DNA of 63,340 nt, counting the filler, from Sphacelaria rigidula (Eukaryota), in assembly GCA_964200075.2 (NCBI GenBank). It is 11 parts of 11 records of this genome, joined end to end, with 100 filler letters (N's around TTAATTAATTAA, not from the genome) between each part and the next. Parts side by side here need not be neighbours in the genome. Positions count along the whole stretch, not along the records: positions 1 to 5,668 come from CAXNAA020025426.1; positions 5,769 to 11,436 come from CAXNAA020025427.1; 9 more parts are not named here. One strand, written 5' to 3'. The translations under genes were made by a program, and so were the position numbers. The notes beneath the pieces are model-generated. The model saw only the letters and a program-made list of their open reading frames with translations. It was not told where the DNA came from and searched no databases. Shown piece after piece: positions 1 to 11,436 of this stretch (positions are counted from its first letter, which is position 1; every line of letters begins with the position of its first letter).

Positions 1-54
1 CATCCAGGATCCTACACATGCTACATCTACTACGCCTTGGTGTATTTTGGCTAC

Positions 55-175
55 ACAGCCTACGATGAGTTGCTTTTTTTCTGGTATCGCCACTTCCAGA
101 GACAGCCATGGCGTATACACTACCTCATGGGTGTCTCACCATTTACACACTACGTAGTACGATCATCCATTGCGC
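55..175. repeat. Dispersed repeat; inverted copy at about 10515-10640
   Basis: ctggtatcgccacttccagagacagc...ctcatgggtgtctcac...cactacgtagtacgatcatcc matches the reverse complement of 10524-10612 in another contig. Confidence 0.8.
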
Positions 176-1351
176 AACTCCGCACAATATCAGGGGGGGG
201 GTGGGGGGGGGTCGGGGCTTATTGTTGCGGAAGTCGTACCTGCAGGGGTCCCGTCGTGGTTACACATTGTTCTGTACACGGAGATTCATTTTCTACAAGG
301 GTGTGGTGTCGCTCACTAGTGAAGTCGAAGAGCAGGCAGGCTGTGAATCATCCTGCAGGTACAGGGTCGTACCGTGGTATCCTAGGGAAGTACAGTGCAG
401 GATACTCCACTGTCCCATCACAGTACACGAGAATGCCGTGCGATAATACATGGTGGTGCACCCAGTGTTGCGAGGACGATGTGCGACGAGTGCAGTATGA
501 GTGGAGTGCCATACATCACCCTGCCGGTACAATGGTCACAGACTGTAGGGCAGTACAACACCGTTCGTTACGGTGACATATACGGCAGTGCAGTGCAGTA
601 TATGGCCATCGCTCCAGGGTACGGCGTCAACACATCTTATCCGCTCGTCAAATGCCGTGCGCGCTATCTGTGATACGAAGCTGCCCCACCCGGTGGCGAG
701 GGGAGACACGGCCTGTGCTGCCACGAAAGTGTCTGCTGCTGCTGTTTCAAAACATGGAACACCTCTTGCCTGACCATCGCACGTCGCTTGTGTATGTTGC
801 CTCCCCACAGATATGGTGGACCTCAACTGTCCCCCGATCTATAACGCAACTTGGAGAATTTGTGCGAAAACCGAAAAATCCCGATCTGACCTCCCCTTAT
901 CTGGGTCCTATCGGAGTCCGTATACTTGTAAGGCAAATCCCGACTCTGACCTACCCCGATCTGCGTACAGAGCGAGATTTGCGTCGCCAGTAAAGCTGAT
1001 GTAAGATATCGAACTCATCTATTGACACCACAAAAAACCCTACACTTCCCCCGTCCCATACGTTGCTTGATTATCTTTGTAAGGGCCCTTAACGGTGTCC
1101 GTTTTTTTTTTTTCCGTTCCATTCTTCGACTTTCATTGTGTTGAATCCATCTTTTAAAGTTGCCGTTGGCCCACGTGCGGCTGAATGGCCGCGAAAAATT
1201 TCGCCGGTTTGAAAATGGCCGTATTTCGCTTCTTTCCAAGGGCAAAAACACGTCGAAAATTGGCGGAAGAACCATCGCGATCTCCACCGACATCGCGTAG
1301 CGGCGAGGTGGGAGGGTATTTGGGGTATGTTGTATAGTTGTGATGGCAGTT

Positions 1352-1470
1352 TGTTTGACTGATTAATTGATTGATTGTCGCGCTTGAACTGATTCCTCAG
1401 GGATCCAGCCGTGGTGACATGATAGGCGTACCCGAGATGAACCGAAATGGAAGCACGCGCTGAAGAAATG
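1352..1470 (-). mobile_element. RTE LINE 3' end fragment with (CAAT)n tail
   Basis: The reverse complement matches the LINE 3' end at 22080-22190 and the copy at 63010-63125. Confidence 0.75.
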
Positions 1471-2173
1471 TGAAGAAAAACAGAGGAAAACCCCAGAAAG
1501 GGAGTAGTGTAGACACACAGGGTAGACTAGAGAAAATAGAGAGAAAAAGGAGAAGGAGGAACGAAACAAAACCAAACTAAACAAAACGAAACGAAACGAA
1601 CCGAGGACAAAAGAGAAGAAGCTACAAACAGTGTGGGGCTTCAGAAATTTCTCAGAAAATACTAAAATTGATGTATTTCGACTCATTCGTTTGCGTGGGA
1701 GATTTTTCTTTTTTTCTTTTTCTGCACTAGTATCGTCTGCGATGTATCCTTGTCATGAACCCTGTTGTAGCATCGTCATTGAAACCATTTTTCCCAAACG
1801 ACCGAATACCTATAATCAAGCAGACTCGCGGGGCAGGGGGAGTATGTTGGGTGTAAGATCATGATGTCCCGAGTGAGACTAAAAGGTGGTAGCGGTCGAG
1901 CCGGGACCCAGAACTGTTTTCTTTTTGCAGCGGATCGACTCTATGGATTCCTCTTCCCTTATCCTTATTATGATCCAACGTTGTTGCTTTTTTGCGTCGT
2001 GATCCAATGGTTTCAGATATCAGACAGCTCATGAGCTACCTAAAGTTACTAAGCGAAGAGGACTATCAGGTTCGTTGTCCAAAACACAAGATATGTGACA
2101 ACAGGGTCCGTCCGAGAAGCCAAAGCGCTACGTTTGTGCTTCTCCGTGTGCTCGGCGCCCAGCGCTCTAGGGT

Positions 2174-2380
2174 CCAAGGGTAGGTCGAAAAGAGTATAAT
2201 TAATTGCGGGGTATTTTAAAAGGCGTACTTGGAGTACACAAATTGGGGGTAGGGTTTCAGGAATCGCTTCCCAACTATTTTTTGGGTACGACTCCCAACA
2301 CTCTACCCTAACTTGAGTACACCAAGTACGTCTCTCAAAATACCCCGCAATTGAGTATACTCTACTCGACCTGCCCTTGG
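2174..2380. mobile_element. ~207-bp hairpin MITE-like element
   Basis: ccaagggtaggtcga...aattgcggggtatttt...cgtacttgg pairs with ccaagtacg...aaaataccccgcaatt...tcgacctgcccttgg, giving arms of about 80 bp. Confidence 0.75.
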
Positions 2381-3624
2381 TCGGGTCCAAATATGGAAAA
2401 ATGGATCAACAGCTAGCTCACGACCGGATCAGTAGATAATAACAAGTAAGGAGTAGTATTTACGTAGCTCATGAGCTGTCCGATGTGTGAACGGTTCGTC
2501 GCGTGCCGTACTGGAAGGTCTGGAGGAGGGGGAGCTGCTGCTGTGGGCGCTGCAGTGCGTGGTGGATTTCGCGGGCGCGGTGGCATCCCTCGTGGAAGAA
2601 GACTTGGGCACCTCCGATACGTCCTTCGTGGTGCCCAGGTGATAATACGACTGGAGAATGACTTGGTGCAATAGAACGGTGGTGACTTCTGCATACTTTG
2701 CATAGTATCGTATTGGAGTATGATGTTTTTCTACGCTGGCTCTGCTGTATCCCTGTGCTCGAAAACTGTTTCAGCGAGCGTTTCGGCTCGTTTGCTTTTG
2801 TGTACGTCCACGTTGTAATCGTGGCTGGGTTCGTACCGGTTGGGTTGATGAGCGACAGTGGAATGAAATCAGTCGATCGTCCCGATACTTTGAGGTGTGT
2901 TAGCAGTGCCGTGTAGTCAAGTGAGGGTGAGGTGATGTTCGGTGAAGCGACAATAATCTCGTTCTCTTACTATAGTTCTCCTTGTCATCATCCGACGTTG
3001 TCGTTGTTTCGTTGTATTGTCGTGATCTGATATTTTGTGTGATTTCCTGTGATGTGTCGTACCGCAAGGAATGGGTGTGTAAATATCATGAACCTTTCGT
3101 GAGTGAAGAGCAACGTTTAGCACCAATGAGTTTGCTGCTTTTTGTTGTGGTGAAAAGGCGATAGACGCAAACATCTGTAGGTGCTTTCAGTACTGTACTT
3201 CTCGAGAACAAAGCGACTTGGTTCTAGTATAACACTGTGTTCGTCGAATGACGATATTCGTGGTTCTCCAGTGTGAAGAAACGGTTTTGATAGGCACGTT
3301 ATATACTGTTCGCGAAATTCGATACATGAACGAAAGTCGGGGAAGGGGGAGCATGAGTGATGACAGAAAGGTTGGACAAACAGAAGGAAGGGAAGGAAAC
3401 GAAAGTAGAGGAAAGACAGGATGGAATGGAATAGAATGGATAGGCGACACTGAGATCTGGTTCCAGAATCAGTCTAGAAGAAGTAAAAAAGCGCCCCGAG
3501 TTCCTGCGCAATGCTTGAGGTAAGGTGACCGAACCAAAACAATACGAAACGAAACAGAGCGGGTAAGGTACTGAAGTCGTATTCCCAACAGTGAGCTCCG
3601 TTCCTGTGCTTGTTGTTTGACCAG

Positions 3625-3818
3625 CTCGGCGGCGGTTAAACCGGGACAGACGTTGGCGGAAGGCAGTCGTCAACATTCCCTGCGGCATCTGTGCGAAGCG
3701 CTGTGGAGCCCTGTGCTGTCCTGCTTGAGCCATGTCCTGGTGCGTTGCTCCGACCCGTTGATCGTGGCTACTACTACTGACGGCTACCGGGCTTTCGCCT
3801 TTGTTACTTGCTTCTTGG
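3625..3818 (+). CDS. Internal exon, probable MON2-like (Sec7/Mon2 family) protein
   Basis: CAG acceptor and GTGAGT donor. The peptide LCEALWSPVLSCLSHVLVRCSDPLIVATTTDGYRAFAFVTCFL resembles, from memory, the MON2 segment W..IL.ALS.IL.RS..E.IV..ILKGYQAF. Confidence 0.5.
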
Positions 3819-4865
3819 GTGAGTGACCGAGTATACATGAGAGTGGTCATTTTCCACTCAAAACAAGCCTCCCTTTCTCGATGTTGGTGGGTTCAAGTGT
3901 TATTTGTTTTTCAGCTGTTGTTCTTACTCGGACGTTCATTCGTCATCTCCTCTCGAGACACACGGCAAACTATCAGTAACTTTCTCTTGTGCAATGTAGA
4001 ACATTATTGACGTACGGCAACCGTGCCTGCCTCATTAGATTTTTGCGTTATGTTTGCGCTCAATTCTCAGTATTTTTAGTCTTTTGAAGGCCTGACAAGT
4101 CAGTATCCCTCCCTCCTCCCCCCCTTTTTCGCCCTGACTCGGGCTCTGTGGTGTAACTTCTGCCATTTGTTTCTCGTGCAGACATTGTCCGTGCGGAGCC
4201 CCGTCCGATTTCTCCCTCTCCCAAAATTTCGTATTTTCGCCACCACGTTAATCCCAATTGTTTTCCCCGAGTTATTTTTGCTCTACTTCTCAACTTTTGA
4301 AGATGGGCACGGTGAATTAATTGTCGATATCGTATTTCGCACGTGGCCCGCGCGTGCCTCTCTCATGGTGGAGCGCAACCGACACCCCTGACCTACCACT
4401 ACGGTGCCATTACACAACACATGTTGTGATGGATTGGTGGAAGCGTGCGGCGTCGGATGCGTTGACATTAGGTTGTTCAAACATTTTCATTTCAGCCCCT
4501 GTTCGCTGTGCCGCTACGACTCTCTTTTTACAACCTTTTGGTTTCGAAGTTATGTGTGGTACTGTAAACCACTATATACGTCGTTTCAGCCTCCAGCCTC
4601 CATGCCTTCGCCGTTCTTCAACCTTAATATTATAACTTGCTTCTCGCTTCCTCAAATAATATTGCTGACAACTCCTCGGTTGCTCTGGCTGAGTGTTGCT
4701 GCGTCGGCCGCAGGCCTTTGAAAGGGACAATTGGCAGTGTTCCTGTGGTCAGCATGAGGCGGAGTAGGCCACACTCGCGAGCACAGTGTAACTATGATGA
4801 TAAAGACGCCTACAGCTGTTGGATGGCTCCCCGATATTCATATCGACGACCTCCTCGCCCCCCCC

Positions 4866-5668
4866 CCAGACACTAGATACTAGGATCAAGAGATGTATCT
4901 TGATGAGTGTGATCGTACCAAAGCTGAAATATGCAGGAGAAGTATAGGAGGGGAACGTGAAGTTGGCGGAGGGGTCGGAAACAGTACAGATGGCAGTAGC
5001 TAAGAAGATACGCGGATGCTCGAAAACGACGAGTGATACAGCATTGGGAGCAGAGTTGGGAGTGTACTCACTTGAAACAAACAGAGACATGAGGAAATTG
5101 CGATGGCAATATAGCTTGAAGAACATGCAGAGAAGGATATTGCCAGCTATAGTTGGTGGGGCTGTATGGAAGAAAAGTACGAAAGGGCATGCTGGAATAA
5201 GGTGGTATAGAGAAGTCGAGAAAGTATGAAAGGAGATGGGGGGAAACCAAGACGAAATCCTGTCCATAGGTGAAGGCGCGGGGTACACGACAAAAGTAAG
5301 AGACATATCAAAATAAGGGGAAGAGGAACGCTCAGACGAAAGGTAGGCGAGGAAGAACACGTTGAGATATACGGGTGGTTGAGAGAGAGAACAGGGATGA
5401 AAACATATCTGCATGGACCCATCGACACAGCGAAAGATGTGAAACTGCGATTTCGGGTGGGTGCCCTGGACCTGCCAGAAAGAAGGAAGAGATATACCAG
5501 TAGTCGTGTGTAGATGCACAGAATTGCATCTGTGGCAAAGCAGTAGACAACAGCAGTCAAAACGTTGCAGTCAGTGAACTATACAAGGAGGAACGAGACG
5601 TGCTAGAGGGGGAAATGCGGGACGTGAACAAAGGTGGCATGAAATCGTTCGATGCACTAGACAGTAGG
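4866..5668 (+). mobile_element. Degenerate non-LTR retrotransposon, region C-terminal to the RT domain
   Basis: HLDTRIKRCILMSVIVPKLKYAGEV*EG...VQMAVAKKIRGCSKTTSDTALGAELG...RKLRW is a typical LINE thumb region. It has in-frame stops and frameshifts and is cut by the contig end. Confidence 0.75.
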
Positions 5669-5768
5669 NNNNNNNNNNNNNNNNNNNNNNNNNNNNNNNN
5701 NNNNNNNNNNNNTTAATTAATTAANNNNNNNNNNNNNNNNNNNNNNNNNNNNNNNNNNNNNNNNNNNN
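5669..5768. other. Artificial contig linker N44-TTAATTAATTAA-N44; repeated at 11437, 17205, 22972, 28739, 34506, 40273, 46040, 51807 and 57574
   Basis: Ten identical 100-nt spacers with stop codons in all six frames separate segments of 5667-5668 bp. Confidence 0.98.
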
Positions 5769-5922
5769 GTGACGTGAGTTGACGCGGGGCGGGAGTGCTG
5801 AACCAATCCGCGAGACCAAAATGAAAGGCACGTACCGTGGGAGAGATGGGTCGATCTCTTGAGACCACGGGCTTATCCCGAGAAAGGGGAGGGGTTTAAA
5901 GTGCGAGGGGGAAAAAAGAAGT
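5769..5922 (+). repeat. Short interspersed repeat or LINE 3' end; inverted copy at 34325-34478
   Basis: About 150 bp of clear reverse-complement similarity between two contigs, with an A/G-rich tail. Confidence 0.85.
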
Positions 5923-6861
5923 GAAGGTTCGATTCCTATCAAAGGCCTATCTCGAGCGCTCGACGTGGAAATGGTCTCGATATTTTGGTGACCATCTTGT
6001 CTTTGGGGGCGGGTATAGCGCAGTTTGAAGTTGTATGCGCTCCTGCTCTTGTTGTGTGTGACTGTCGGTTCGGAGGTCCTCTCCCAAGACGGAGCTAGTG
6101 CCCGGCTTGATGCCATCTCGCAGCATCACCAACGCGCTTTTGACTGAACTGTGCATGTGGGGTTGTCACGGGCCTGTGCGGCGAGATTGTCTGTCGCGAT
6201 TCCGCCGCGCTCTGTGACAAGAAACGTCTCCAAACACGTTACAGCGCCACGATATGAAACATTGTCGGTACTTAATGTAGCACAATAACGCCATCGTCAA
6301 CACTGTACCAATCGAGCAGCGGCGGAGCCGCATGTTGCTAGGTAGCTCTGCAGCTCACTGCGATATGCTTAAATCGAGCTTATTCGGGAACTGACGAAGT
6401 TATGGTGGGCCCACGTTTGCTAGGTTTTACGACCGGCCCACCTCGTAGCGCTTCTCTCGGCAGAAGGAGCGCATGTTGGGGACCTGAACCTGGCTTCAAA
6501 CGACCCCCTACGTGGAGCGAAATCAACGGAGTTGACACGGACGTAAATTTCGACATGTCAGGTTTAGCGGTGCTACAGTATCACGATCGTATGTCGCCAC
6601 CATCAGATAAGACAGCAGAAAGACACAACTACATTGCCGTAGATCGGCACAGCAAGAGAAACTTACGATGGAAAACAATTGGATCAACATCATTGATGAT
6701 CAACCCTCCACTCAGCCACCCTCCGGGACACAATCGCTCACGGTACATGTGGAGGATCTCCAAGGCCGACCGGGGTAGTCCGAACGTGACATAAATAATT
6801 TAAATCAATCCCGAGGTAAGCGAATCAGGACACCCCTGCTGCAGTACCCCGCGAACTATAG

Positions 6862-8595
6862 ATGATCTCGGTCACCGTGCCGATCTTGGTATTGGTGAGA
6901 GCGTCAGTCGTCATGGCCCTCGCAGCGGCAAGCGTAGACACATCCCGCTGTATTTCTCTTCTCCATCCTCTCATTGATCTCGGCCACTCTGCCGCCCTAG
7001 GTGTTCGTGCGAGCGCCAACGGCCATGACCCTCGCAGTGATAAGAGTTGACATTGACGCGTCTCGCATGCAAACATCCGATTCGCTCCAGCTGCCCCCGG
7101 TGTGAGTGGCACCTCCGGCCGTCATGGCTACGGCGACTAGGGCTCCCACGAGCACCGAGCGCGTCTGAAGCCGATCGGATGTTCGCGTCAACGTCAAGCC
7201 TCATCACGACGAGGGCCACGACCACCAGCGCTTGCACTAATACTGAGGGCGGCAGAGCGATCGGGATCGACGAGAGGATCAGTGATGAGGATTGACATTT
7301 ATACGTCTCGCATTCAAAGCATCCGATTAGCTCGAGCTGCCCCCGGTGTTGGTGGCACCTCCGGTCGTCGCGGCTACGACGATTGAAGCTGCCACGAGCA
7401 CCGAGCGCGACTGGAGCCAATCGGATGTTCGCATGCGAGACACGTCAACATCATCCCTTATCACTGCGAGAGTCACGATTACTGATCCTCGGACCAACAC
7501 CAAGTGTGGCAGAGTGACCGGGTTCAACGACAGGATCGATGATGAGGGTTGGCATTAACACGCCTCGCATGCACGCATCCGATTGGCTCCAGCTGCCCTC
7601 GGTGTTAGTGGCAGCTCCCGTCGTCGCGGCCACGAAGACGGATGCTGCCACGAGCGCCGAGCGCAGCTGAAGCCAACCGGATGCTTGCATGCAAGACGCG
7701 TCAACGTCAACCCTTACCACTGCGATGGCCACGACAACTGATGGGCGCACCAACACCGAGGGCGGCAAAGTGACCGGGATCAACAAGAGGTTCAGTGATG
7801 AGGGTTGACGTTGACGCGTCTCGCATGCAAGCATCTGATTGGCTCGAGCTACACTCGGTGTTAGCGGCAGCTTCGGTCATCGCGGATATGACCACTGACA
7901 CTGCCATGAGCACCGAGCGCGACTGGAGCCAATCCGATGTTCGCATGCGAGACAGGTCGACGTCAACCCTGATCACTGCGACGGTCACGACTACCGACGC
8001 TTGCACCGAAAACTGAGGGGGGCAGCGTGACCGGGATCAACGACGGGATGGAGAATGGAATCCACAGGGGGACCCGTCGACGCTTACCGCTGCGAGGGCC
8101 ACAACTGACTCTTCCACCAACACGTAGGGTGGCTAGAGCCAATCGGGTGTTTGGATGCTAGACGCGTCAACGTCAACGCTAGCCACTGCGAGGGCCACGA
8201 CCACTGACACTCGCACCAACACCGAGAGCGATCAGTGACCTGGATCGACGAGAAGGTGGAGGAGGTAACTCACGAGCGGGGCGCATCCACGCTCACTGCT
8301 GCGAAGGCCACGACCACGGACGCTTCCATCAAACACCAAAGGCTGCGTAGTGACCAAGATCAAAGAAAACGAAAAGGACGGAATGTTCCGCAAGAGGGGC
8401 CATCAACCTTCACCACGGCGAGGGCCACGACCACTGATGCTTCCACCAACACCAGGGAACAGAGTGACCGAGATCGAACAAACGGGGGAGGTAGGGGATT
8501 CACCAGCGGGACGCGTGTACGCTTGCCGTTGCGAGGGTCACGACTAACGACGCTTGCGCGAACACCGAGGGCGGCGCAGTGACCAAAATCAGTGA
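6862..8595. repeat. Modular foldback/tandem array: four ~245-257-bp units, each with a ~185-nt hairpin, flanked by ~70-nt sub-repeats in opposite orientations
   Basis: Units start near 7035, 7280, 7537 and 7793. The arms are cagtgatgagggttgacgttgacgcgtctcgcatgc and gcatgcgagacgcgtcaacgtcaaccct..tcactg. Confidence 0.85.
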
Positions 8596-9534
8596 CGAAA
8601 TGGAGGGCGGAAAGCCGACAGCGTTCGAAGTGTTGGGACCGTATGTGAAGCTCGTCAAGGTTACCGCGGCGTTAATTAGCACGTTCCGCGGTATCAAAAA
8701 CGGCCACGAAGAACGCACTAGGGATGTCGATACTCAATACACGAGGAACGCACAAGCTTTCGACAGAGTTTTCATAGTCAACGACCGAATCTTACCAACC
8801 ATTGAAATCTACAACTTTCCAGAATCATCGATTCGGCGCGGATATTTATTTTACTCAAATCTCAATAGCCTGGCGATCACCAGTGCTTTTCCTTCGTGAA
8901 TATTGGGATGGGCGCGGGGGGTGCTTTCAAGACCAGGGATTGGAGGTATCTCTATTGGTGTCGGCAACCCGCACGCAGAAAGAAAAGTCAATCACCCAGA
9001 GTCAGTTCGCCATCTGTTGTCACTATACATACTACACTTGTGGTTTGCTTTGTCCCCAAGAATTTTGATTATTATTTCATAGTTGTTCGGCGCTTGTGTG
9101 CAGTCTTCTTGTTGGTTTGGGATCATTGTTTCTCATATGTTTTACTCCTGCTTCATTCTCTCGTCTTCAGTTTTGCTCTGTTCTTTTCTTCAAATATTCT
9201 TCTCAGCGGGAGCGTTTCCGTTTTGGTTTTTTTTTACCCTGGGCACGTCAAGCTTGCGGATAATAATGACCACCACATCCGAGCCCCTCGGGAATCAGTT
9301 GATGTGTGGCAATCACATAAATCAACGGTAGCAGTACTCGAGATTGGTTTGTATTTGGCGCGTGTTCGCGGGCACTTACACCGGACATCCATCAACATTG
9401 CAACCAATAGCTAGGTTCGTGGCGCATCAGCTCGTGCAAAGACAACCAGCAACTTAATTCGAATCAAATCGCCCGTATCATTCCTATCAAACTTTCATTT
9501 ATGTCATCAATCACTCCCTTAAATCCGTGCTTGC

Positions 9535-9687
9535 CTGCGATCCGATCGGTCTTCCATTGTTGGGGTCGATGTAGATGGGGAAGAGGCCGTGGTTAGGCCT
9601 CGTTTTCCCCAACACTTCGAACACTTTGTTCGCCTTCTGCGCGTACTTCGGATCGCCGGACACGTGGCTCAGGTACCTGAATTCCAC
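9535..9687 (-). CDS. Internal exon of class I alpha-1,2-mannosidase (glycoside hydrolase family 47)
   Basis: VEFRYLSHVSGDPKYAQKANKVFEVL...GLFPIYIDPNNG matches the GH47 pattern EF.YLS.LTGDP.Y...GL.P.YINP. The exon is 153 nt with a CAG acceptor and a GC donor. Confidence 0.88.
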
Positions 9688-9857
9688 CTGTCCATTAAGA
9701 AGGGGGGGGGGGGGGGGGGGGGAAGGCGTTGGGGGGGGGGGGGAGGGAGCAGGCAAAAAAAACAAAAAAAAAATTTTTTTAANNNNNNNNNNTCGTGTTG
9801 GCTGGTGGGTGGGGGGGGGGGGGAGAGGGAGGGTGGAGAGGGGGGACAGAAGGTAGG

Positions 9858-9889
<32 letters not shown>

Positions 9890-10686
9890 AGGAGTAGCAT
9901 TAGGGATGATGGGGAATGAGCGATCGAAAAAATACGAAAATAAAGTTTTTGTAACCCACAAGCACACAAACTGGGTACTCTACGCAAGGTATACGTCGAG
10001 GCCTTGAACGATTGCAGTGAATGGGACAAGACCAAAACTCCGGCAGCAATTCTCATATTATAAGGTCCACGTAAAATTCGAACGAATTGGTCGGGACCCG
10101 TCAGTCAAACGGTTGGTAATTTCACTCGGCATCCGCACGAGCTCATGTGACCGAAACTTCACGCAAGTTATGTGTACCCCCGCCCCCCGCGCGCCGGAGG
10201 CGCCGCCACCTTTGAGGTTTAGTGTGTGGAAGAAACGAAACAAGCGCCTGAATCTTGGAGGTGTCTGTATTAGGAATAGGAGCGGTGCTCCGTCTCAAAA
10301 GGGATGCCGGATCAATGGTCAAGTGACTAAGTCAAACAAGGAGTGAGAACCTCCCTCCCCCACCGCGCCCCCACTATGGGGTTGGCATCGGTTGACAATG
10401 ACGCTGTAAAACACGCCACTCACTGCGGAAGCAAGGCAACTATGCCAACGTTTTAGTAACCATGATGGTAGTCGAGCTGGATCATATTGTGCGGCGTGGA
10501 AGCACCTCAACTCCGCACAGTGGGGATGATCGTACCACGTAGTGTGCAAATAGTGAGACGCCCATGAGGCAGTGTATAAGCCGTAGCTGTCTCTGGAAAT
10601 GGCGATACCAGAAAATGAAGCAAATCATTGGAGGCTGTCATCCAAATGCAAGATAACCCGTACGCTTTGGGCCGTACAATCTTAGC

Positions 10687-10860
10687 AGGATGCAGCTCAT
10701 GCTTCATGCGACTCGCTGAACATATCACGGCGCTTCGCGCTTGGTCACTGATTGCGAGCCTGGTCCGGCGAAAACCCGGCGTGGTCCGCCCCGGCTTTGT
10801 GGGGATGCGGGGTCGACGTCCATACGACTACGGCGTGCAAAATCATGAGTACACCCCCCC
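10687..10860 (+). repeat. Abundant short interspersed repeat ending catgagtacacCn; other copies at about 23165, 24170, 40380, 44109, 45655, 46010, 60232 and 63268
   Basis: Shared gcctggtccggcgaaaacccggcgtg and catgagtacacccccc segments in both orientations across four contigs. Confidence 0.9.
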
Positions 10861-11220
10861 GTGTCCCCTCCACCGCATTTCGACGGCGTAGAAATGATTT
10901 CCTCATTGGGAATTTGGATCTGCCGCCTTAGGTACGTCGAATGTGGCACGTCTTATGATAAGCAACTAGTCATGATTAAGTCAGTAGAGGAGGATCTTGT
11001 CGACATTCCTACACATCAGATTTCAGCGATCTTCAACCGAATGTTTTTCCTGTCGAAGTACATGCCTTACTTTTTTATATCAAAAAGAGAAACTGCGGGT
11101 GAGACGGTCTGGCCTGGGCGACCGTGGATCGGCCCCATTCTTACCGTCCTCACGAATGAACAGCGATGTGGCATTCTCGAGTAGCAGGAATGGAGTGCTG
11201 CTAAGACACAAAGTTTCGCA

Positions 11221-11252
11221 TAATTATTATTATTTTATTATTATTATTATTG

Positions 11253-11301
<49 letters not shown>

Positions 11302-11312
11302 CATTATTATTA

Positions 11313-11349
<37 letters not shown>

Positions 11350-11392
11350 CATTATTATTATTATTATTATTCTTCTTCTTCTTCTTCTTCTT

Positions 11393-11423
<31 letters not shown>

Positions 11424-11436
11424 TCCTCATCATCAT
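11221..11436. repeat. Compound microsatellite (ATT/ATC)n then (TTC)n
   Basis: Directly visible; it runs into the contig end. Confidence 0.97.

Noticed and set aside
5713..5724. Regularly spaced TTAATTAATTAA as a biological repeat
   Set aside because: It is an assembly linker embedded in N runs.
7035..8050. Hairpin array as a CRISPR array or a repeat protein
   Set aside because: The units are far too long, the spacers are homologous to each other, there are no cas genes, and every frame has stops.
9701..9890. Poly-G runs as functional G-quadruplexes or Gly/Pro-rich ORFs
   Set aside because: They lie next to gaps and look like low-quality sequence; the same applies near 17100, 27500, 45720 and 57680.
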